From NCBI RefSeq assembly GCF_036971445.1, contig NC_091470.1:192758001-192822000 (forward strand): 64,000 nucleotides of DNA, written 5' to 3'. Below are positions 24,501 to 36,500 of the stretch, piece by piece (position 1 is the first letter of the stretch; each line of letters starts with the position of its first letter). The notes beneath the pieces were generated by a model, which saw only the letters and a program-made list of their open reading frames with translations, was not told the origin of the DNA and did not search any database. The position numbers and the translations under genes are program-made. Origin of the DNA: Narcine bancroftii (Eukaryota).

Positions 24501-27500
24501 GTTCTTGGGACCTGTTCCCCGGTGAGGGTCAGTGTGTTTGGGACTTGACCCCCCGAGGGTTAGTGTGTGGGATCCGCCCCCCCGAGGGTTAGCGTGTGGC
24601 ACCCATTACACCCCAGGAGACCAGCCCCCTCCAGGGTTAGTGTGTGGGACCCGTCCCCCAGTGAGAGTCAGTGTGTGTGGGACCTGTCTGCCAATGAGGG
24701 TCAGTATGTGCGGGACCTGACACCCCGAGGGTTAGTGTGTGGGACCCGTTCCCCCGAGGAGACCCATCCCCCCCAAGGGTTTGTGTGTGGAACCCGTCCC
24801 CCAGTGAGAGATAGTGTGTGTGGAACCTGACTATCTAAGTGTTAGCGTGGGGGACCCGCCCTCCCGGTGGTTAGTTTGTGGGCCCCATCGTCCCGAGGGT
24901 TAGCATTTGGGACTCGTTCCCCAGTGAGGGTCAGTGTGTTTGGGACTTGACCCCTCGAGTGTTTGCATGTGGGACCCACCCCACCAAGGGTTAGTGTGTG
25001 GGATCTGCCCCCCAGGGAGGGTCAGTAAATGTGGGACCCATCTACCCCGAGGATTAGTGTGTGGGACCCGCACTCTAGTGAGGGTCAGTGAATTTGGGAC
25101 CCTTCCCCCAGTGAGGGTCAGAATGAGTGGGACCTGACCCCCCGAGGGTTAGCGTGTGGCACCCATTACCCCCAGGAGATCAGCCCCTCCAGAGTTAGTG
25201 TGTGGGACCCGTCCCCCAGTGAGAGTCAGTATGTGCGGGACCTGACCCCCCGAGGGTTAGGTGTGGGACCCGTTCCCACGAGGAGACCCGTCCCCCCGAG
25301 GGCTAGTGATTGGGACCCGTCCCCCAGTGAGGGTCAGCATGAGGGACCCGTCCCCCAGTGAGAGTCAGTGTGTGTGGGACCTATCCCCCAGTGAGTGTCA
25401 GTATGTGCGGGACCTGACGCCCCGAGGGTTAGTGTGTGGGTCCCGCCCCCCCGATGGTTAGCGTGTGGGACCCATTCCCCCCAGGAGACCAGTCCCCCCG
25501 AGGGTTAGTGTGTGGGACCCGTTCCACCGATGGTTAGTGGTTGGGACCCGTCCCCCAGTGAGGGTCAACGTGTGGGACCCGTCCCGCAGTGAGGGTCAGC
25601 ATGAGGGACCCATCCCCTCGAGGGTTAGTGTGTGGGACCCGTCCCCCAGTGAGAGTCAGTGTGTGTGGGACCTGTCCCCCAGTGAGGGTCAGTATGTGCG
25701 GGACCTGACCCCCCGAGGGTTAGTGTGTGGGACCCGTTCCCCCGAGGAGACCCGTCCCCTCGAGGGTTAGTGCTTGGGACCTGTCACCCAGTGAAGGTCA
25801 GCATGTGGGACCCGTCCCCCAATGAGGGTCAGCGTGTGGGACCCATACCCTGATATTTAGCGTGTGAGACCCATCCACCCTGAGGGTTAGCGTGTGGGAC
25901 ACATCACCAGCGTGTGGGACCTGCCCCCCTGAGGGTTGGTGCATGGGACCCGCCCCCAGTGAGGAGCAGTGTGTGGGTCCCGTCCCCCAATGAGTGTCAC
26001 CGTGTGGGATCCGTCACAAGGGTTAGCATGTGGGACTCGTCCTCCGAGAGTTGGCGTTTGGGACGCATCCACCCCGCGGGTTATCGTGTGGGACCCGTTC
26101 CCCCGAGGAGACCCGTCTCCCCTAGGGTTTGTGTGTGGAACCCGTCCCCCAGTGAGAGATAGTGTGTGTGGGACCTGACTATCTGAGGGTTAGCGTGGGG
26201 GACCCGCCCCCCCGATGGTTAGTTTGTGGGCCCCATCGCCCCGAGGGTTAGCGTGTAGGACTCGTTCCCCAGTGAGGGTCAGTGTGTTTGGGACTTGACC
26301 CCTCGAGTGTTTGCATGTGGGACCCACCCCACCAAGGATTAGTGTGTGGGACCTGCCCCCCAGGGAGGGTCAGTAAATGTGGGACCCATCCACCCCGAGG
26401 ATTAGTGTGTGGGAACCACCCTCTAGTGAGGGTCAGTGAATTTGGGAACCTTCCCCCAGTGAGGGTCAGAATGTGTGGGACCTGACCCCCCGAGGGTTAG
26501 TGTGTGGAATCTGCACCCCCGAGTGTTAGCGTGTGGCACCCATTACCGCCAGGAGACCAGCCCCCTCCAGGGTTAGTGTGTGGGACCCGTCCCCCATGAT
26601 AGTCAGTGTGTGTGGGAGCTGACCCTCTGAGGGTTGGCGTGGGGGACCCGCCCCCTTCCCCCCCACCGAGGGTTAGTTTGTGGGTCCAATCCTCCCGAGG
26701 GTTAGTGTGTGGGACCCGTTACCCAGTGAGGGTCAGTATATTTGCGACCTGACCCCCCGAGGGTTAGCGTGTGGGACCTGCATCCCCGAGGGTTAGCGAG
26801 TGGGATCCATTCCCCCCAGGAGATCGGTCACTTGAGGGTCAGCGTGTGGGACCCGTCCCCCAGTGAGGGCCAGCGTGTGGGACCTGTACACTGAGATTTA
26901 GCATGTGAGACCCATCCACCCCGAGGGTTAGCGTGTGGGACCCGTTCCCCAGTGAGGGTCAGTACATGTGGGGCCTGACCCCCCCCGAGGGTTAGCGTGT
27001 GGGACCCATTTCCCCCCAGGAGACCAGACCCCTGAGGGTTAGTGTGTGGGACCCGAACCCCATTGAGAGTCAGTGTGTGTGGGACCTGTCCCCCAGTGAG
27101 GGTCAGCGTGTGGGACCCGTCACGAGTGTTAGCACGTGGGACTCGTCTCCCGAAAGTTAGCGTGTGGGACCCATCCACCCCGAGGGTTATCGTGTGGGAC
27201 CTGTTCCCCGAATGAGGGTCAGCGTGTTTGGGACTTGACCCCCTGAGGGTTTGCGTGTGGGACCCGCCCCCCACGAGGGTTAGCGTGTGGGACCCATTCC
27301 CCCCAGGAGACCAGTCCCCCCGAGTGTTATTGTGTGTGACCCGTCCCCCAGTGAGAGTCAGTGTGCATGGGACCTGACCCCCAGTGAGTGTCAGTAAGTG
27401 CGGGACTTGACCCCCCCGAGGGTTAGCGTGTTGGACCCATCCCCTCTTAGGATTAGCGTGTGGTAGCCATTCGCACGAGGGTTAGCTTGTGGGATCTGTC

Positions 27501-30500
27501 TCCTCAAGGGTTAGTGTGTGGGACCTGTCCCCCCGAGGGTTAATGTGTGGGAACTGTCCCACAGTGAAGGTCAGCATGTGAGGGACCTGACCTCCCGAGG
27601 GTTAGCGTGTGGGGCCCTCCCCCGAGGGTTAGTGTGTGGGACCTGTTCCACAGTGAGGGTCAGCATGTGGAACTCGTCCCCTAGTGAGGGTCAGCGTGTG
27701 GGACTCGTACCCCGAGATTTAGCGTGTGGGACCCATCCCCTCCGAGGGTTAGCGTGTGATACCCATCCCCCAGTGAGAGACAGTGTGTATGGGACATTAC
27801 CCTCTGAGGGTTAGCGTGGGGGACCCACCCACCCCCGAAGGTTAGTGTGTGGGACCTGTTCCCCAGTGATGATCAGTATGTGTGGGACCCATCCCCCACG
27901 AGGGTCAGCGTGTGGGACCCATCCTCCCGAGTGTTAGTGTGGGATCCGTCCCCCAGTGAGGGTCAGCGGGTGGGACACATCCCCCCGAGTTTAGTGGTTG
28001 GGACCCATCCCCCAGTGAGGGTCAGCGTGTTTTGAACTTGACCCCCCGAGAGTTTGCGTGTGTGACCCTCCCCCCAAAGAGTTAGTTGTGGGACCCGCCC
28101 CCAATGAGGGTCATTGTTTGTGGGACCCGTCCCCCAGTGAGGGTCAGTATATGTGGGACCTGACCCCCCGAAGGTTAGCGTGTGCGACCCGTCCCCCAAG
28201 AGTTAGCGTTCCGGACCCATCCACCCCGAGGATTAGTGTGTGGGACCCGTTTCCCCGAGGAGACCTGTCCCCCTGAGGGTTAGGATTGGGACCCGTACCT
28301 CGACATTTAGCATGTGGGATGCATCCATCCCGAGGATTAGCATGTGGGACCCGTATCCCCGAGGAGACCCGTCTCCTGTGGGTTAGTGTGTGGGACCCGT
28401 CCCCCATGATAGTCAGTGTGTGTGGGAGCTGACCCTCTGAGGGTTGGCGTGGGGTCCCGCCCCCCCCCCCCCACCGAGGGTTAGTTTGTGGGTCCCATCC
28501 TCCTGAGGGTTAGTGTGTGGGACCCGTTACCCAGTGAGGGTCAGTATATTTGCGACCTGACCCCCCGAGGGTTAGCGTGTGGGACCTGCATCCCCGAGGG
28601 TTAGCGAGTGGGATCCATTCCCCCCAGGAGATCGGTCACCTGAGGGTCAGCGTGTGGGACCCGTCCCCCAGTGAAGGCCCCAGCGTGTGGGACCTGTACA
28701 CTGAGATTTAGCGTGTGAGACCCATCCACCCTGAGGGTTAGCGTGTGGAACCCATCCCCAGCGTGTGGGACATGTCCCCCCGAGGGTTAGTGCTTGGGAA
28801 CCCCCCCAGAGAGGGTCAGTGTGTGGGACCCGTCCTCCAATGAGGGTCAGCGTGTGGGACCCGTCACAAGGGTTAGCATGTGGGACTCGTCCCCCGAGAG
28901 TTATCGTGTGGGACCCGTTCCCCCGAGGAGACCCGTCCCCCCGAGGGTTTATGTGTGGGACCCGTCCCCCAGTAAGAGTCAGTGTGTGTGGGACCTGACC
29001 CTTCGAGGGTTAGCGTGGGTGACCAGCACCCCCCGATGGTTAGTGTGTGGGCCCCATCCCCCCGAGGGTTAGCGTGTGGGACCCGTTCCCCAGTGAGGGT
29101 CAGTACATGTGGGACCTGAACCCCCCGAGGGTTAGTGTGTGGGACCCGACCCCCCGAGGGTTAGCGTGTGGGACCCATTTCCCCCCAGGAGACCAGACCC
29201 CTGAGGGTTAGTGTGTGGGACCCGAACCCCATTGAGAGTCAGTGTGTGTGGGACCTGTCCCCCAGTGAGGGTCAGCGTATGGGACCCGTCACGAGTGTTA
29301 GCACGGGGGACTCGTCTCCCGAAAGTTAGCTTGTGGGACCCATCCACCCCGAGGGTTATCATGTGGGACCTGTTCCCCGAATGAGGGTCAGCGTGTTTGG
29401 GACTTGACCCCCTGAGGGTTTGCGTGTGGGACCCGCCCCCCCGAGGGTTAGCGTGTGGGACCCATTCCCCCCAGGAGACCAGTCCCCCCGAGGGTTATTG
29501 TGTGTGACCCGTCCACCAGTGAGAGTCAGTGTGCGTGCGACCTGTCCCCCAGTGAGTGTCAGTAAGTGCGGGACCTGACCCCCCCCGAGGGTTAGCGTGT
29601 GGGACCCATCCCCTCCGAGGATTAGCGTGTGGTAGCCATTCGCACGAGGGTTAGCTTGTGGGATCTGTCCCCCCAAGGGTTAGTGTGTGGGACCTGTCCC
29701 CCCGAGGGTTAATGTGTGGGAACTGTCCCCCAGTGAAGGTCAGCATGTGAGGGACCTGACCTCCCGAGGGTTAGCGTGTGGGGCCCTCCCCCGAGGGTTA
29801 GTGTGTGGGACCTGTTCCACAGTGAGGGTCAGCATGTGGAACTCGTCCCCTAGTGAGGGTCAGCGTGTGGGACTCGTACCCCGAGATTTAGCGTGTGGGA
29901 CCCATCCCCTCCGAGGGTTAGCGTGTGAGACCCGTCCCCCATTGAGAGACAGTGTGTATGGGACATTACCCTCTGAGGGTTAGCATGGGGGACCCACCCC
30001 CCCGATGGTTAGTTTGTGGGCCCCATCGCCCCGAGGGTTAGCGTGTGGGACCCGTTCCCCAGTGAGTGTCAGTGTGTTTGGGACTTGACCCCTCGAGGGT
30101 TTGCATGTGGGACCTGCCCCACCAAGGGTTAGTGTGTGGGACCTGCCCCACCAGGGAGGGTAAGTAAATGTGGGACCCGTCCCCCCGAGGGTTAGTGCTT
30201 GGGACCCGTCCCCCAATGAGGGTCAGCGTGTTTGGGACTTGACCACCCGAGGGTTTGCGTGTGGGACCTGCCCCCCCGAGGGTTAGCGTGTGGGACACAT
30301 TCCCCCCAGGAGACCAGTCCCCCTGAGGGTTAGTGTGTGGTACCCGTCCACCAAGGAGACCCGTCCCCTCGATGGTTAGTGCTTGGGACCCGTCCCCCAG
30401 TGAAGGTCAGCATGTGGGACCCGTTCTCCAGTGAGGGTCAGCATGTGGGACCCGTACCCTGAGATTTATCGTGTGGGACCCATCCACCCCGAGTGTTAGT

Positions 30501-33500
30501 GTGTGGGACCCGTCCCCAGCGTGTGGGACCGGTCTCCCCGAGGGTTAGTGCTTGGGTCCCGTCCCCGAGTGAGGGTCAGCGTGTGGGACCCGTCACGAGG
30601 GTTAGCATATGGGACTCGTCTCCCGAAAGTTAGCGTGTGGGACCCATCCACCCCGAGGGTTATCGTGTGGGACCCGTTCCCCCGAGGAGACCCGTCCCCC
30701 CGAGGGTTTGTGTGTGGGACCCGCTCCCCATTGAGAGTCAGTGTGTGTGGGACCTGACCCTCTGAGGGTTAGCGTGGGGGACCCGCTCCCCCCCCCGATG
30801 GTTAGTGTATGGACCCCATCCCCCCGTGGGTTAGTGCTGGGGATCCGTTCCCCAGTGTGGGTCAGTGTGTTTGTGACTTGACCCCCCCCCGAGGATTAGT
30901 GTGTGGGACCCGTTCCCCCCAGGAGACCCATCCCCCCGAGGGTTAGTGCTTGGGACCGGTTCCCCAGTGAGGGTCAGTGAGTTTGGGACTTGACACCCCC
31001 AAGGGTTTACGTGTGGGACCCACCCCCCTGAGGTTTAGTGTGTGGGACCTGCCCCCCAGTGAGGGTCAGTTAGTGTGGGACCTGTCTCCCGGTGAGGGTC
31101 AGTATGTGTGGGACCTGACCACCCCCCGAGGGTTAGTTTGTGGGATCCACCTCCCTGAGGGTTAGCGTGTGGGATCCGCCCCCCCCCCGAGGGTTAGCGT
31201 GTGGCACCCATTACCCCCAGGAGACCAGCACCCCCAAGGGTTAGTGTGTTGGATCCGTCCCCCAGTGAGAGTCAGTATGTGTGGGACATGACCCTCTGAG
31301 GGTTGCCATGGGGGACCCCCCCCCCCCCCCGACCCCACCCCGACGGTTAGTTTGTTAGTCCCATCCCCCGGAGGGTTAGTCTGTGAGACCCATTCCCCAG
31401 TGAGGGTCAGTGTGATTGGGACCTGACCCCCCGAGGGTTTGCGTGTGTGACCCGCCCCCCAAGAGTTAGTTGTGGGACCCGCCCCCAATGAGGGTCATTG
31501 TTTGTGGGACCCGTCCCCCGTGATAGTCAGTGTGTGTGGGAGCTGACCCTCTGAGGGTTGGCGTGGGGGACCCGTTACCCAGTGAGGGTCAGTATATTTG
31601 GGACCTGACTCCCCGAGGGTTAGCGAGTGGGACCCATTCCCCCCAGGAGATTGGTCACCTGAGGGTCAGTGTGTGGGACCCGTCCCCCAGTGAGGGCCAG
31701 CGTGTGGGACCTGTACACTGAGATTTAGCGAGTGAGACCCATACACCCCGAGGGTTAGCGTGTGGGTCCCATCCCCAGCGTGTGGGACACGTCCCCCCGA
31801 GGGTTAGTGCTTGGGACCCCCCCCCCAGAGAGGGTCAGTGTGTGGAACCCGTCCCCCAATGAGGGTCAGCGTGTGGGACCCGTCTCGAGGGTTAGCATGT
31901 GGGACTCGTCCCCCGAGAGTTATCGTGTGGGACCCGTTCCCCCGAGGAGACCCGTCCCCCCGAGGATTTGTGTGTGGGACCCGTCCCCCAGTAAGAGTCA
32001 ATGTGTGTGGGACCTGACCCTTTGAGGGTTAGCGTGGGTGACCAGCCCCCCACCGATGGTTAGTGTGTGGGCCCCATCCCCCCGAGGGTTAACGTGTGGG
32101 ACCCGTTCCTCAGTGAGAGTCAGTTTGTTTGGGAATAGACCCCCCGAGGGTTTGCATGTGGGACCCACCCACCCCCCGAGCGTTAGTGTGTGGGACCTGC
32201 CCCCCAGTGAGGGTCATTACATGTGGGACCTGACCCCCCGAGGGTTAGCGTGTGGGACCCGCCCCCCCAAGAGTTAGCGTGTGGGACCCATTTCCCCCCA
32301 GACCAGTCCCCCTGAGGCTTATTGTGTGGGACCCGAACCCCATTGAGAGTCAGTGTGTGTGGGACCTGTCCCCCAGTGAGGGTCAGTGTGTATGTCCTGA
32401 CCCCTTGAGGGTTCGCTTGTGAGACACGTCCACCAGTGAGGGTCTGTGTGTGGGACCCATCCCCTGAAGGGTTAGTGTGTGAGACCCGCCCCCCGAGGGT
32501 TAGTGTGTGACACCCGTCCCCCCCGAGGGTCAGTGTGTGGGACCCATCCCCCAGTGAGGGTCAGTGTGTGTGGGACCTGCCCCCCCGAGGGTCAGCGTGT
32601 GGGTCCCGTCCCCCAGTGAGGGTGTGTGTGTGGGCCCTGACCCCCGGAAGGTTAGCTTGGAGACACGTCCCCCAGTGGTCAGTTTGTGGGACCGCCCCCC
32701 CCGAGGATTAGTGTGTGAGACCCGTCCCCCCAAGGGTTAGTGTGTGAGACCTGTTCTGCCCGAGGCTCAGTGTGTGGCACCTGTTCCCCAGTGATGATCA
32801 GTATGTGTGGGACCCATCCCCCACGAGGGTCAGCGTGTGGGACCCATCCTCCCGAGTGTTAGTGTGGGATCCGTCCCCCAGTGAGGGTCAGCGGGTGGGA
32901 CACATCCCCCCGAGTTTAGTGGTTGGGACCCATCCCCCAGTGAGGGTCAGCGTGTTTGGAACTTGACCCCCCGAGAGTTTGCGTGTGTGACCCTCCCCCC
33001 AAAGAGTTAGTTGTGGGACCCGCCCCCAATGAGGGTCATTGTTTGTGGGACCCGTCCCCCAGTGAGGGTCAGTATATGTGGGACCTGACCCCCCGAAGGT
33101 TAGCGTGTGCGACCCGTCCCCCAAGAGTTAGCGTTCCGGACCCATCCACCCCGAGGATTAGTGTGTGGGACCCGTTTCCCCGAGGAGACCTGTCCCCCTG
33201 AGGGTTAGGATTGGGACCCGTACCTCGACATTTAGCATGTGGGATGCATCCATCCCGAGGATTAGCATGTGGGACCCGTATCCCCGAGGAGACCCGTCTC
33301 CTGTGGGTTAGTGTGTGGGACCCGTCCCCCATGATAGTCAGTGTGTGTGGGAGCTGACCCTCTGAGGGTTGGCGTGGGGTCCCGCCCCCCCCCCCCCCCC
33401 ACCGAGGGTTAGTTTGTGGGTCCCATCCTCCTGAGGGTTAGTGTGTGGGACCCGTTACCCAGTGAGGGTCAGTATATTTGCGACCTGACCCCCCGAGGGT

Positions 33501-36500
33501 TAGCGTGTGGGACCTGCATCCCCGAGGGTTAGCGAGTGGGATCCATTCCCCCCAGGAGATCGGTCACCTGAGGGTCAGCGTGTGGGACCCGTCCCCCAGT
33601 GAAGGCCCCAGCGTGTGGGACCTGTACACTGAGATTTAGCGTGTGAGACCCATCCACCCCGAGGGTTAGCGTGTGGAACCCATCCCCAGCGTGTGGGACA
33701 TGTCCCCCCGAGGGTTAGTGCTTGGGAACCCCCCCAGAGAGGGTCAGTGTGTGGGACCCGTCCTCCAATGAGGGTCAGCGTGTGGGACCCGTCACAAGGG
33801 TTAGCATGTGGGACTCGTCCCCCGAGAGTTATCGTGTGGGACCTGTTCCCCCGAGGAGACCCGTCCCCCCGAGGGTTTATGTGTGGGACCCGTCCCCCAG
33901 TAAGAGTCAGTGTGTGTGGGACCTGACCCTTCGAGGGTTAGCGTGGGTGACCAGCACCCCCCGATGGTTAGTGTGTGGGCCCCATCCCCCCGAGGGTTAG
34001 CGTGTGGGACCCGTTCCCCAGTGAGGGTCAGTACATGTGGGACCTGAACCCCCCGAGGGTTAGTGTGTGGGACCCGACCCCCCGAGGGTTAGCGTGTGGG
34101 ACCCATTTCCCCCCAGGAGACCAGACCCCTGAGGGTTAGTGTGTGGGACCCGAACCCCATTGAGAGTCAGTGTGTGTGGGACCTGTCCCCCAGTGAGGGT
34201 CAGCGTATGGGACCCGTCACGAGTGTTAGCACGGGGGACTCGTCTCCCGAAAGTTAGCTTGTGGGACCCATCCACCCCGAGGGTTATCATGTGGGACCTG
34301 TTCCCCGAATGAGGGTCAGCGTGTTTGGGACTTGACCCCCTGAGGGTTTGCGTGTGGGACCCGCCCCCCCGAGGGTTAGCGTGTGGGACCCATTCCCCCC
34401 AGGAGACCAGTCCCCCCGAGGGTTATTGTGTGTGACCCGTCCACCAGTGAGAGTCAGTGTGCGTGCGACCTGTCCCCCAGTGAGTGTCAGTAAGTGCGGG
34501 ACCTGACCCCCCCCGAGGGTTAGCGTGTGGGACCCATCCCCTCCGAGGATTAGCGTGTGGTAGCCATTCGCACGAGGGTTAGCTTGTGGGATCTGTCCCC
34601 CCAAGGGTTAGTGTGTGGGACCTGTCCCCCCGAGGGTTAATGTGTGGGAACTGTCCCCCAGTGAAGGTCAGCATGTGAGGGACCTGACCTCCCGAGGGTT
34701 AGCGTGTGGGGCCCTCCCCCGAGGGTTAGTGTGTGGGACCTGTTCCACAGTGAGGGTCAGCATGTGGAACTCGTCCCCTAGTGAGGGTCAGCGTGTGGGA
34801 CTCGTACCCCGAGATTTAGCGTGTGGGACCCATCCCCTCCGAGGGTTAGCGTGTGAGACCCGTCCCCCATTGAGAGACAGTGTGTATGGGACATTACCCT
34901 CTGAGGGTTAGCATGGGGGACCCACCCCCCCGATGGTTAGTTTGTGGGCCCCATCGCCCCGAGGGTTAGCGTGTGGGACCCGTTCCCCAGTGAGTGTCAG
35001 TGTGTTTGGGACTTGACCCCTCGAGGGTTTGCATGTGGGACCTGCCCCACCAAGGGTTAGTGTGTGGGACCTGCCCCACCAGGGAGGGTAAGTAAATGTG
35101 GGACCCGTCCCCCCGAGGGTTAGTGCTTGGGACCCGTCCCCCAATGAGGGTCAGCGTGTTTGGGACTTGACCACCCGAGGGTTTGCGTGTGGGACCTGCC
35201 CCCCCGAGGGTTAGCGTGTGGGACACATTCCCCCCAGGAGACCAGTCCCCCTGAGGGTTAGTGTGTGGTACCCGTCCACCAAGGAGACCCGTCCCCTCGA
35301 TGGTTAGTGCTTGGGACCCGTCCCCCAGTGAAGGTCAGCATGTGGGACCCGTTCTCCAGTGAGGGTCAGCATGTGGGACCCGTACCCTGAGATTTATCGT
35401 GTGGGACCCATCCACCCCGAGTGTTAGTGTGTGGGACCCGTCCCCAGCGTGTGGGACCGGTCTCCCCGAGGGTTAGTGCTTGGGTCCCGTCCCCGAGTGA
35501 GGGTCAGCGTGTGGGACCCGTCACGAGGGTTAGCATATGGGACTCGTCTCCCGAAAGTTAGCGTGTGGGACCCATCCACCCCGAGGGTTATCGTGTGGGA
35601 CCCGTTCCCCCGAGGAGACCCGTCCCCCCGAGGGTTTGTGTGTGGGACCCGCTCCCCATTGAGAGTCAGTGTGTGTGGGACCTGACCCTCTGAGGGTTAG
35701 CGTGGGGGACCCGCTCCCCCCCCCGATGGTTAGTGTATGGACCCCATCCCCCCGTGGGTTAGTGCTGGGGATCCGTTCCCCAGTGTGGGTCAGTGTGTTT
35801 GTGACTTGACCCCCCCCCAAGGATTAGTGTGTGGGACCCGTTCCCCCCAGGAGACCCATCCCCCCGAGGGTTAGTGCTTGGGACCGGTTCCCCAGTGAGG
35901 GTCAGTGAGTTTGGGACTTGACACCCCCAAGGGTTTACGTGTGGGACCCACCCCCCTGAGGTTTAGTGTGTGGGACCTGCCCCCCAGTGAGGGTCAGTTA
36001 GTGTGGGACCTGTCTCCCGGTGAGGGTCAGTATGTGTGGGACCTGACCACCCCCCGAGGGTTAGTTTGTGGGATCCACCTCCCTGAGGGTTAGCGTGTGG
36101 GATCCGCCCCCCCCCGAGGGTTAGCGTGTGGCACCCATTACCCCCAGGAGACCAGCACCCCCAAGGGTTAGTGTGTTGGATCCGTCCCCCAGTGAGAGTC
36201 AGTGTGTGTGGGACATGACCCTCTGAGGGTTGCCATGGGGGACCCCCCCCCCCCCCGACCCCACCCCGACGGTTAGTTTGTTAGTCCCATCCCCCGGAGG
36301 GTTAGTCTGTGAGACCCATTCCCCAGTGAGGGTCAGTGTGATTGGGACCTGACCCCCCGAGGGTTTGCGTGTGTGACCCGCCCCCCAAGAGTTAGTTGTG
36401 GGACCCGCCCCCAATGAGGGTCATTGTTTGTGGGACCCGTCCCCCGTGATAGTCAGTGTGTGTGGGAGCTGACCCTCTGAGGGTTGGCGTGGGGGACCCG

